The notes below the pieces were generated by a model. The model saw only the letters and a program-made list of their open reading frames with translations. It did not search any database and was not told the DNA's origin. The translations under genes were made by a program, and so were the position numbers. DNA of 64,000 nt from the NCBI GenBank assembly GCA_964599915.1, contig CAZRHR010000001.1, positions 12,019 to 76,018 on the forward strand, given 5' to 3'. Below, piece by piece: positions 56,425 to 64,000 of the stretch; the first letter of the stretch is position 1, and each line of letters starts with the position of its first letter. Source of the stretch: an uncultured Candidatus Competibacteraceae bacterium (GTDB lineage: Bacteria; Bacteroidota; Bacteroidia; CAIKAF01).

Positions 56425-57745
56425 CAATAGACACTTTCTGCTTTTATTCCTTTTACTTTTTAGCCTCGATGCCTTAAAAAGTCAAACGCTCACACCGGAT
56501 TCGCTCGTCCAGGCCATGCTCACAGGAAAAGATAGCATTTGGCTTCCACTTCGCACCCATACCTTCCAAAAAGCGATGAGCCAAGATGTGCTTATCCAAA
56601 CCATACGGATGTTTTCACCGCCTGCTAAGCCGTTAATGGCAGATACTGGACTTTGTGTATTTAAGGGACATCCAACCCTCTACCGTTTTCATTTATCCAA
56701 AACCAATCCAGACCTACACTTTTCCCTTTCACTAAAAATGATGGAAGATTCCATCGCCGGAATATGGATACAGCCGGGAACACCTAAAGTAAGCATCCCA
56801 CAACGGCCAGCATGGGCACAGACCTTGTCTGAACCTGAAAACATTTGGATTCCATTTGAAAAAGGAGCCTTCGGAGCTTTCCTTTTTCGGCCAAAAAATG
56901 AAAGTCTCCAAAAACCTTTGGTCTATCTTCTGGCTGGTTCCGGACCTCAAGATGCATTCAGCACCACAGGGCCAAACCAACCACTAAAAGAACTTGCACA
57001 ACGTCTTCAATGGCATGGATTTACAGTAATCGTCCATCCCAAAGTCAGTGTTTTTCTACCGGAGTTCTTATCCAAAAATCCTAAAGCCGGACTTCACGAA
57101 GAATACCATGCGCCTGCTGAAGCTGTGCTGGCATGGCTAAGTCAAAATGAATTACATAACCTGCCTGTGTTTTTGGTAGGACATTCTCTAGGGGGTGTTA
57201 TGGCGCCGTGGATAGCAGCCAACCATCCACAGGTCAAAGGAGTCATTGGTTTGGCTGCACCTTCTACCCCACTTTACCATTTGGTTCCGCAACAATTGCG
57301 CTTTCTGGCAAAAAAATCCGGCCAATGGAAAAGTCAGGTAGTCCGCCGCCAAATCCAGGATATGGAACGGGATATGACTACGTTTCATCGGACAGGACAA
57401 TTGGAAAAAAGTCCTCTGGCAGGTGTACCGATTGCTTATTGGGAAAGTGTGAGAAATTTTGCCGTAGAAAAACCCAAACAATTTTCACCAATTCCTCATC
57501 TGTTTGTTGGTGGAACCTCAGATTATCAAGTTCCTATAGCAACCATAAAAGACTGGAAAAAATGGATTCCCCAAAGTCAGTTTTTAACCTTTGAAGGAAT
57601 GGATCATTTGCTGCGCATGTCTTCCTTACCCATGGGTCCAGAAGCGTATAACAGATACTTTCCAATCGACACCCTCATGGCAGATGCCTTGGCGGATTGG
57701 ATGTTGGGGTCAATAGACCCCTCAATTGATCAACGGAATAAGTGA
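56399..57745 (+). CDS. Secreted alpha/beta-hydrolase (esterase/peptidase-like)
   Basis: Signal peptide and VFLVGHSLGGVMAP nucleophile elbow (GxSxG). Confidence 0.6.
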   Translation: MPNLKSLGNNRHFLLLFLLLFSLDALKSQTLTPDSLVQAMLTGKDSIWLPLRTHTFQKAMSQDVLIQTIRMFSPPAKPLMADTGLCVFKGHPTLYRFHLSKTNPDLHFSLSLKMMEDSIAGIWIQPGTPKVSIPQRPAWAQTLSEPENIWIPFEKGAFGAFLFRPKNESLQKPLVYLLAGSGPQDAFSTTGPNQPLKELAQRLQWHGFTVIVHPKVSVFLPEFLSKNPKAGLHEEYHAPAEAVLAWLSQNELHNLPVFLVGHSLGGVMAPWIAANHPQVKGVIGLAAPSTPLYHLVPQQLRFLAKKSGQWKSQVVRRQIQDMERDMTTFHRTGQLEKSPLAGVPIAYWESVRNFAVEKPKQFSPIPHLFVGGTSDYQVPIATIKDWKKWIPQSQFLTFEGMDHLLRMSSLPMGPEAYNRYFPIDTLMADALADWMLGSIDPSIDQRNK

Positions 57746-59340
57746 AATTGGCCCACATCGGACTTTGGTTCTCCTTGACAATTCAAATATTGAACCACTA
57801 CAAAATACACGCCTTCAGTCATTCCACCGACTAAACCAGCCCCATCCCAACCCTCAAGGAAAGACTCAGAAACAAAAATTTTCATGCCCCAACGGTTATA
57901 GATAGACATGCGAAAGCCGTCTAAAGGTGTGGCCAAAATGGGTAAATACACATCATTCACACCATCTGCGTTGGGCGTGAATACGTTGGGTAAAATGGGA
58001 GGAACGGTGTTTTCGATACGAATAACTTGTACACTGTCGCGATAGGTTTGGCAGCCTCTGGAAACGGTCAAGAAAAATTTACCGGGTTCATCTGGCTGGG
58101 TCACCGGGCTACCGTCCTCCTTCGCCCAAGCCAAAGCTTCCCACTGACTTTGTATTGGGATTAATGGCGGTTCGTTGCACATAAATACGGTATCTGGCAG
58201 CACCACCGGAAGGGCTCGGTCTGGTTCTGGGATAAAAGGCAGCATGGAGGTAACCACGTATCCATCTACCGCGGAAAAGTTCAAGGCAGAGGGATTAAAC
58301 TGAATGGCGTCCTCCAAAGCATCAGGACAAAAAATCCGACCTACCCGATTTCCCCCTGGCATGGCCAAATAAATATGTTGATCGGCAGCCAATTGCAACA
58401 TCCCTAAACTGCCAGGTTGGGCCATGGTATGCTGAATAACTGTATATGGATTAGACAAAGGATTGGCTTGGGTTAAATCGTAAGCCAAAACCCGACCAGC
58501 TGCATCCTTTTGCCCTTCATGGGTTACATAAAGGCGTTCTCCACTGGGTGAAAAACTCGCGGAATAAGGCTGAATACCCACAGAGCCAAGAAGAATGGTG
58601 TCTAAAACTCCGGTGGCGGTATCAAAACTAGCCAAGGTAAAATTCTCAAACGAAATGGTAAGAGAGTCTACATTCTCTTTTCCAAGGAAAAGGGTATTTC
58701 CAGCCCTGTTGGTGCGGATGGTTCTGTAACGACCTGCTTGTCCTAAACGAGAAAAAACGGTATCCACCACTTGCCCGTTATTCACACGGAGACTGACGAA
58801 GCGGTTGGAATTGTGTATATGACCCACCAGCCAATAAGAGTTAAATCCTTTAAGTCGCACCAGTTCAAAGGTTGGTCCAAGCGAATCATAGACCATTTGA
58901 GGCACACCAAACACCTGGTCAGAAGGACCACCGGCCATGCGTTGGTGCATCAATTGATAATTGTTCGTAGAAGGTGCCATCCACCAACCGTCGTACACAC
59001 CAGTTGAATCTCCGAGGGGTGCAAGCACTTTGCTTCGGTAATCCATGGCATGGGCATAAGGAGGATTAGCTCCGTTTAATGCCGCGTAATTCGAAGAAAA
59101 AAGACCCGTGGAGGAAAAGATGACATCTAAAGCTCCTGTCTTCAAAGTTGACACATTCGAGCCATTGGCGTGACTTACTTGTGGGAAAAAAGGAGTGGCG
59201 GCCGCTTGGTTCCAAGAAATACCTGCCTGCTGACCAAAAGTCCAATTCCAGCTGCTGGGTTGGGCAAAAGCCACATTTGGAAGCCATAAAGCGCATCCGG
59301 ACAAACAACCTAAAAGGCTGCGTTTAAGCATACTTTGCAT
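57730..59340 (-). CDS. Secreted protein with a T9SS type-B (gliding-motility-associated) C-terminal sorting domain
   Basis: Signal peptide. C-terminal NVFTPNADGVNDVYLP...WDGAGL...GVYFVVVQY matches the T9SS type-B / CHU_C domain pattern. Confidence 0.7.
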   Translation of the reverse strand: MQSMLKRSLLGCLSGCALWLPNVAFAQPSSWNWTFGQQAGISWNQAAATPFFPQVSHANGSNVSTLKTGALDVIFSSTGLFSSNYAALNGANPPYAHAMDYRSKVLAPLGDSTGVYDGWWMAPSTNNYQLMHQRMAGGPSDQVFGVPQMVYDSLGPTFELVRLKGFNSYWLVGHIHNSNRFVSLRVNNGQVVDTVFSRLGQAGRYRTIRTNRAGNTLFLGKENVDSLTISFENFTLASFDTATGVLDTILLGSVGIQPYSASFSPSGERLYVTHEGQKDAAGRVLAYDLTQANPLSNPYTVIQHTMAQPGSLGMLQLAADQHIYLAMPGGNRVGRIFCPDALEDAIQFNPSALNFSAVDGYVVTSMLPFIPEPDRALPVVLPDTVFMCNEPPLIPIQSQWEALAWAKEDGSPVTQPDEPGKFFLTVSRGCQTYRDSVQVIRIENTVPPILPNVFTPNADGVNDVYLPILATPLDGFRMSIYNRWGMKIFVSESFLEGWDGAGLVGGMTEGVYFVVVQYLNCQGEPKSDVGQFHLFR

Positions 59341-59381
59341 GGGAGAAAATAAGATAAAAGCCTATGTCGGTGATTGTATGA

Positions 59382-59996
59382 TTAGGGCTTTAAGCGTTTT
59401 ATTGAACAACCGACCGCAGCGGTAGTGGAAGGCTCAATGGCTTGTCCTTTCACTAAATTTTGCATCGCCTGCTCCAGAAATCTTTGCTTTACTTGGCTGG
59501 CATCGCGATGGCTATCATCTATGGCGCCTTTATAGACCAACGTAAGTTTACTATTAAATAGAAATACATCAGGGGTTTTAGTCGCGCCAAACGCATCTGC
59601 CAAGGTGGAATTCGCATCCAACAAATAGGGGAAATCATACTCTTGCTGGCTAGCATATGACTTCATTTCTTCAAAAGAATCTACATCACCGCGCTGTGCC
59701 TCGTTAGAATTAATAGCCACCATGCCAATCTCGTTGGCTTTCGCCAATTTAGATAAAAGGCGATAGCGTTCCTGCGTGGCCACCACATAAGGGCAGGTAT
59801 TACAACTAAAAATCACCAACAGCCCGTTGGTCTTTTTAAGTTGCTGAAGGGGCAACATTTTTCCTGAAACATCTTTGAGTTTTACCTCGCCCATGGGTAG
59901 CGCATCTCCAATAGACAAAGAAGTGGTGCGACGAAAACTAAAACCCAATAGGGCCAAAGAGGTCAATAGAACTGCGAAAGATATTTTCCGATGCAT
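59382..59996 (-). CDS. Thioredoxin-fold thiol-disulfide oxidoreductase (TlpA/redoxin-like)
   Basis: Signal peptide. SCNTCPY CxxC active-site context within a redoxin-like fold. Confidence 0.6.
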   Translation of the reverse strand: MHRKISFAVLLTSLALLGFSFRRTTSLSIGDALPMGEVKLKDVSGKMLPLQQLKKTNGLLVIFSCNTCPYVVATQERYRLLSKLAKANEIGMVAINSNEAQRGDVDSFEEMKSYASQQEYDFPYLLDANSTLADAFGATKTPDVFLFNSKLTLVYKGAIDDSHRDASQVKQRFLEQAMQNLVKGQAIEPSTTAAVGCSIKRLKP

Positions 59997-60073
59997 AGGC
60001 CTATTTTTTCTGAAAAAAAGTTTACCTTAATTTAGAACGTAAGGGAGTGAAAATGGTTTCAACGGGTGATGAA

Positions 60074-60985
60074 TTAATAAAGAATATCTACCCGGTATTG
60101 CAAGCCTGCCCCCGGCCGAGCTTCTGCAAGAGCAATCCAAACTGAGCAGCCGGGATTTCCCCAACCTTTTCCTTTTTGATGAAGTAAGTAGGCGTGGCCT
60201 GTCACCAATTCTCTTCTGGACAAAGTCCACCGCTCATCCAAACAGGTATTTAAGGCGCCAATCATGGCATCGAACTGGGGTTTCACTTGCGGCTTGGCTT
60301 CTACCGGTCCAAAGCCAAACATGTACACCATTTTACGAAGGTTTCCTGCCATATTTTCTTTTTGCGGGGGGGCGTCAAAAAAACGAGACACCGTGTCAGG
60401 ATTGCCGGCCTCAATCCGCGCCATTAAATACATTAATTTTTCGCAGGGATAAGTATTATAGGCTGCTGCGTGGGTTTCATTGAAACGCTTTTGCGCTTGG
60501 GTAAGCACCTCGGTGGCGTTGCGTACAGCGGTATTCATTTCCACCACAGTTTGATACACCTCCTGCTGACTTTGGGGCAGTTGATTCACCTGCGTTTGTA
60601 CGGGTGGGAATTTGAACATCTTTCCTGAAATCTTTTTCAATCTAGGCACCACTTGCCATTCCATGGCAGTAAAAAACTGCCGCATAGAAGCGGTCATCGT
60701 GGAGTCCACCGGTCCTTTCGCATCTTTTCCGCGATAAGGCGTAAGACGCTTTACTTCAGGCAAAGCCAATTCAAATTGTTGAATACATTCAAGAACCACT
60801 TTTTCCTGTTCCTGTTCGGAGGCCTGGCCAAACATGGTAAAAAGCTGGTTTAGCTGGCGAATCACTTGGTCGCCATACCGGTTGACCATGCGGGCATGAT
60901 CATAGGGATGATCTCCGAAAACCAACGTTTTTTGGGCGTGTAGGCTGCTACCTACCAACCATAGCATACATAACCATTTTACCAT
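60074..60985 (-). CDS. Hypothetical secreted protein
   Basis: Probable start MVKWLCMLWLVGSSLHAQ (signal peptide). No recognisable family motifs. Confidence 0.4.
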   Translation of the reverse strand: MVKWLCMLWLVGSSLHAQKTLVFGDHPYDHARMVNRYGDQVIRQLNQLFTMFGQASEQEQEKVVLECIQQFELALPEVKRLTPYRGKDAKGPVDSTMTASMRQFFTAMEWQVVPRLKKISGKMFKFPPVQTQVNQLPQSQQEVYQTVVEMNTAVRNATEVLTQAQKRFNETHAAAYNTYPCEKLMYLMARIEAGNPDTVSRFFDAPPQKENMAGNLRKMVYMFGFGPVEAKPQVKPQFDAMIGALNTCLDERWTLSRRELVTGHAYLLHQKGKGWGNPGCSVWIALAEARPGAGLQYRVDILY

Positions 60986-61084
60986 GGTACCAAGGTACAA
61001 TTTTTATCGGGAACCATAAGAAAACAGCCCTATCCATGAACAAAAACAGGGTTTTGGGTTTATGTTTGCCAAAATCTTTGTCAC

Positions 61085-63460
61085 GTGCGTTCGCTTGTTA
61101 CCTTCTTCTTCTTGATGCTCAGCTTTCCCATCCTTTTTTCCCAAGGCATTATACGTGGAAAAATTGTAGATGAAAACACCAATGAACCTGTACCCGGTGC
61201 TACTGTTTTGGTGGAAGGCAGCAGTAATGGAGGAGCTGCAAACCTAGATGGCCTTTTTGAAATTCAAAATGTCGCCAATGGTTTCCAAAACCTACGGGTG
61301 AGCGCGGTGGGTTTTGAAACCCGGATTATCAGAGATATTCAGGTAAACAACCAAACCCCAGCCAACATCACCATTGCCCTTTTGCCCTTGGTGAACCAAC
61401 TTGAAGGCATTGATGTTCGGCCTTCCCCATTCAACCGGACGGATGACACCCCACTTTCTCTGCGAACCATTGGTATTGCCGAAATTGAAAGAAATCCCGG
61501 TGGAAACCGCGATATTTCTAATGTATTGCGTTCTTTCCCTGGCGTAGGCTCTACACCCGCTTTTCGCAACGACATCATCATCCGTGGAGGCGCACCGAAT
61601 GAAAACCGGTTTTTCTTGGATGGTGTAGAAGTGCCTGTGATCAATCACTTTCAAACGCAAGGGGCATCTGGAGGACCTGTTGGGATCATCAATGTAAACC
61701 TGATTCGGGAAGTAGATTTTATTTCCGGTGCTTTTCCCGCCAATCGCGGAAACACCATGAGCTCAGTGTTGGAGTTTAAGCAGGTCGAGGGCAACAAGGA
61801 CCGTTGGCAATTTAGAGGAACGGTGGGAAGTTCAGACGCGGGTTTTAAGGCAGATGGCCCCATTGGGAAAAAGTCTACCCTGATAGCTTCCGTACGCGCT
61901 TCATATCTTCAATTCCTCTTCGCCGCGCTTAAATTGCCGTTTTTACCCACCTATTATGATGCACAATTCAAGTATGCTTTCCGTCCGGACGACAAAAGCG
62001 AGCTTATCATCCTTGGTTTAGGAGCCATTGATTTGTTTTCCTTGAATACCAAAGCAAACGAAACAGAAGAACAACGTTATCAATTGGGTGTGCTTCCGGT
62101 GAATCAACAATGGAATTATACCATTGGAGCAACTTACCGACGCTTTACCAAAGGTGGAACCCACTTATGGGTGCTTTCCAGAAATATGCTCAACAATGAG
62201 GCCGTGAAGTATGCCAATAACATAGAAACGCCCCAAAACCTTATCTTGGATTTCCGCTCTCAAGAAGCCGAAAACCGGTTTCGTTATGAATTTTCTACCC
62301 AACGCAAAAAATGGCGGATTTCTGGTGGGGTCAATGCCGAGTATGCACGCTTTACCAACCGAACCTTCAACCGTGTGAATACCCTTGCCGGTATCGACAC
62401 CATCGACTTCAATAACCAGTTAAATTTGTTTATCGGAGGGTATTTCGGACAAATCAGTCGGAAATTTTTCAAGGATAAATTGTCCTTAAGCGCCGGTTTT
62501 CGTTTGGACCATAACAGCTACAACGCTAGCATGGCCAACCCGTTCAACCAGTTTTCACCGAGGTTTTCTGCCTCTTGGAATTTTCACAAAAACTTTTTCC
62601 TGAATGGTTCTATCGGTCGCTATTACCAGCGTCCAGCCTATACCCTCATGGGATTTTCAGACCCTGCCGGCAATTATGTGAATCAACAACGTTTAACCTA
62701 CATTCGTTCCGACCATTATACCGCCGGCTTAGAATGGGCACCAGGGCCCAACACTCGATTTACCGTAGAAGGTTTTTGGAAACAATACGCCAATTATCCT
62801 TTTTCCCTTCGTGATTCTGTAAGTTTAGCCAACTTGGGGGCTGATTTCGGCGTAGTAGGAAATGTGGAAGCCACCAGTGCAGTAGGAGGAAGGGCACGAG
62901 GTATTGAATTTCTGGCCCAACAAAAATTGTTTAAAGGATTTTATGGTATTCTGGCCTACACGTTTGTGCGAAGTGAATTTCAAAATTTACAAGGAACCTA
63001 CATTCCTTCTGCATGGGATAGCCGCCACATCATCACCCTAACGACGGGTTATAAAATCGGTCGCAACTGGGAAATTGGGGCACGTTGGCGTTTTGTGGAT
63101 GGTTTACCTTTTACGCCCTATGACACCCTCACCAGCACCATTAAAGAGGTATGGGACATTACCCAACAAGGAGTGAACGACGCATCGGCAACCAACACGC
63201 AAAGAATTTCAGCTTTTCACCAGTTGGATTTACGTGTGGATAAAGTTTGGTACTTTAAAAAGTGGTCTTTCAACCTTTATCTGGACATTCAGAATGTCTA
63301 TGGGTTCAAGTCGGAAGGACGGCCTTTCCTTACGGTGGAAACGGACGAAAATGGACAACCTGTGACAAATCCAGCCGATCCAGACCGTTATGTTCCTAGG
63401 TTCATCAGGAATACAGCAGGAACCACCTTACCCACCATTGGGATTATTGTGGATTTCTAA
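61085..63460 (+). CDS. TonB-dependent outer-membrane receptor with an N-terminal carboxypeptidase-regulatory-like domain
   Basis: Signal peptide, then GIIRGKIVDENTNEPVPGATVLVEG (CarbopepD_reg), a plug region, and a long beta-barrel ending in the aromatic ...IGIIVDF. Confidence 0.85.
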   Translation: MRSLVTFFFLMLSFPILFSQGIIRGKIVDENTNEPVPGATVLVEGSSNGGAANLDGLFEIQNVANGFQNLRVSAVGFETRIIRDIQVNNQTPANITIALLPLVNQLEGIDVRPSPFNRTDDTPLSLRTIGIAEIERNPGGNRDISNVLRSFPGVGSTPAFRNDIIIRGGAPNENRFFLDGVEVPVINHFQTQGASGGPVGIINVNLIREVDFISGAFPANRGNTMSSVLEFKQVEGNKDRWQFRGTVGSSDAGFKADGPIGKKSTLIASVRASYLQFLFAALKLPFLPTYYDAQFKYAFRPDDKSELIILGLGAIDLFSLNTKANETEEQRYQLGVLPVNQQWNYTIGATYRRFTKGGTHLWVLSRNMLNNEAVKYANNIETPQNLILDFRSQEAENRFRYEFSTQRKKWRISGGVNAEYARFTNRTFNRVNTLAGIDTIDFNNQLNLFIGGYFGQISRKFFKDKLSLSAGFRLDHNSYNASMANPFNQFSPRFSASWNFHKNFFLNGSIGRYYQRPAYTLMGFSDPAGNYVNQQRLTYIRSDHYTAGLEWAPGPNTRFTVEGFWKQYANYPFSLRDSVSLANLGADFGVVGNVEATSAVGGRARGIEFLAQQKLFKGFYGILAYTFVRSEFQNLQGTYIPSAWDSRHIITLTTGYKIGRNWEIGARWRFVDGLPFTPYDTLTSTIKEVWDITQQGVNDASATNTQRISAFHQLDLRVDKVWYFKKWSFNLYLDIQNVYGFKSEGRPFLTVETDENGQPVTNPADPDRYVPRFIRNTAGTTLPTIGIIVDF

Positions 63461-63468
63461 ACTTCCTC

Positions 63469-63969
63469 TCAAAAACGTAAACCTACACCCAAGACCAATT
63501 GGCGGGTGGAATGGTTTACACTTTGCCCACCAATGGTTTCCATGCGATGGTTGAGTCCCGGCTCAAAGCGCACATCGAGTCGAAGTTTGAAAATATCGGC
63601 GCCAATGCCCGCGTGCCAGCCAAAAGTGGTCGCAGCGAAATCGGAGGTAGCGTCTGCTGAACCATTGCGCACATCGAAAAGGTAACTCATGGAAGGTCCA
63701 CCTTGAATACGAAGGACAGAAAACAGACGAATACCCATAGAAAGGTGACCATCTAGACGGGTAAACGTATAATCTTTGAAAGCAAACTCCTGTGCGCCGG
63801 GAGGGCGGGCGACAATACTTCCTTCGTTGCGGGTAAAACCTAATTCAGGCTGGGCGAAAAAAGACAACACCCGAATCCGAAAATGGCCTACGATTTGTCC
63901 TCCAGCATTCCAATTGCCTGAACCATATTGGGTTCCGGGCGCAGGCGTATTGGCGGTCACGTCTGCCAT
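63469..63969 (-). CDS. Outer-membrane beta-barrel protein (porin/OmpA-like barrel); the start may lie beyond 63969
   Basis: Alternating hydrophobic beta-strand pattern and a C-terminal LGVGLRF ending in an aromatic residue. Confidence 0.45.
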   Translation of the reverse strand: MADVTANTPAPGTQYGSGNWNAGGQIVGHFRIRVLSFFAQPELGFTRNEGSIVARPPGAQEFAFKDYTFTRLDGHLSMGIRLFSVLRIQGGPSMSYLFDVRNGSADATSDFAATTFGWHAGIGADIFKLRLDVRFEPGLNHRMETIGGQSVNHSTRQLVLGVGLRF

Positions 63970-64000
63970 GTCTAAATCTGTCCATGTAAGTCCACCGCGA

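Noticed and set aside
60027-60230. 67-aa ORF overlapping the 5' end of 60074..61000
   Set aside because: It overlaps a longer signal-peptide-bearing gene on the same strand in another frame and is Arg/Leu-rich filler.
1-64000. Search for CRISPR arrays, rRNA and tRNA genes
   Set aside because: I saw no regular short direct-repeat and spacer arrays, no rRNA-like conserved stretches, and no T-loop (GGTTCGAATCC-like) motifs in the intergenic regions I inspected. None are reported, but a tRNAscan or Infernal run would be needed to be sure.

Overview
Most of this window (positions ~1-40,100, all genes on the minus strand) is one very large polysaccharide (O-antigen/capsule-type) biosynthesis locus from a Bacteroidota-like genome. 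Its exporter is an ABC-2 pair, wzm (39238..40083) and wzt (37870..39111), at the upstream end. Downstream are about 20 glycosyltransferases (GT2, GT4, GT11, GT61-like, GT-C-like), five or six methyltransferases (FkbM, Methyltransf_24-like, class I), two DegT-family aminotransferases, and several sugar-tailoring modules. One module resembles Arn: DegT aminotransferase, formyltransferase, and a polyprenyl-phosphate GT2 like GtrB/ArnC. Another is an acetamidino-sugar module: a PP-loop N-acetyl-sugar amidotransferase, a HisF-like cyclase, and a HisH domain fused to a GT4. A third is a PglD-like acetyltransferase with its own aminotransferase. The locus is mosaic in base composition and carries insertion-sequence debris. 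There is an IS4-like element with a doubly frameshifted transposase, an internally deleted copy that keeps both terminal inverted repeats, two solo 3' fragments, and a tandemly duplicated IS terminus. There is also a 665-bp IS982-like element with 19-bp inverted repeats inserted inside an operon. In addition there is a frameshifted AbiEii-like nucleotidyltransferase toxin cassette flanked by ~27-bp direct repeats, a GT2 5' fragment beside it, and a split FkbM pseudogene. To the right of the locus the genes are: a winged-helix plus minimal-nucleotidyltransferase-like regulator; a 1006-aa PKD-repeat T9SS cargo protein; a small plus-strand operon of UpxY-like antiterminator, asparagine synthase and GT4; an unusually GC-rich structured intergenic element; and two tandem paralogous small secreted proteins of unknown family. 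Further right come housekeeping or accessory genes: comM/yifB, an isolated GT2, a tandem Usp protein, the uvrD/pcrA helicase, an alpha/beta hydrolase, a T9SS type-B cargo protein, a thioredoxin-fold protein, a TonB-dependent receptor and an outer-membrane beta-barrel protein. I did not recognise any rRNA, tRNA or CRISPR array. All calls rest on reading the supplied ORF translations for family-diagnostic motifs and on DNA repeats visible in the sequence. I ran no database searches.
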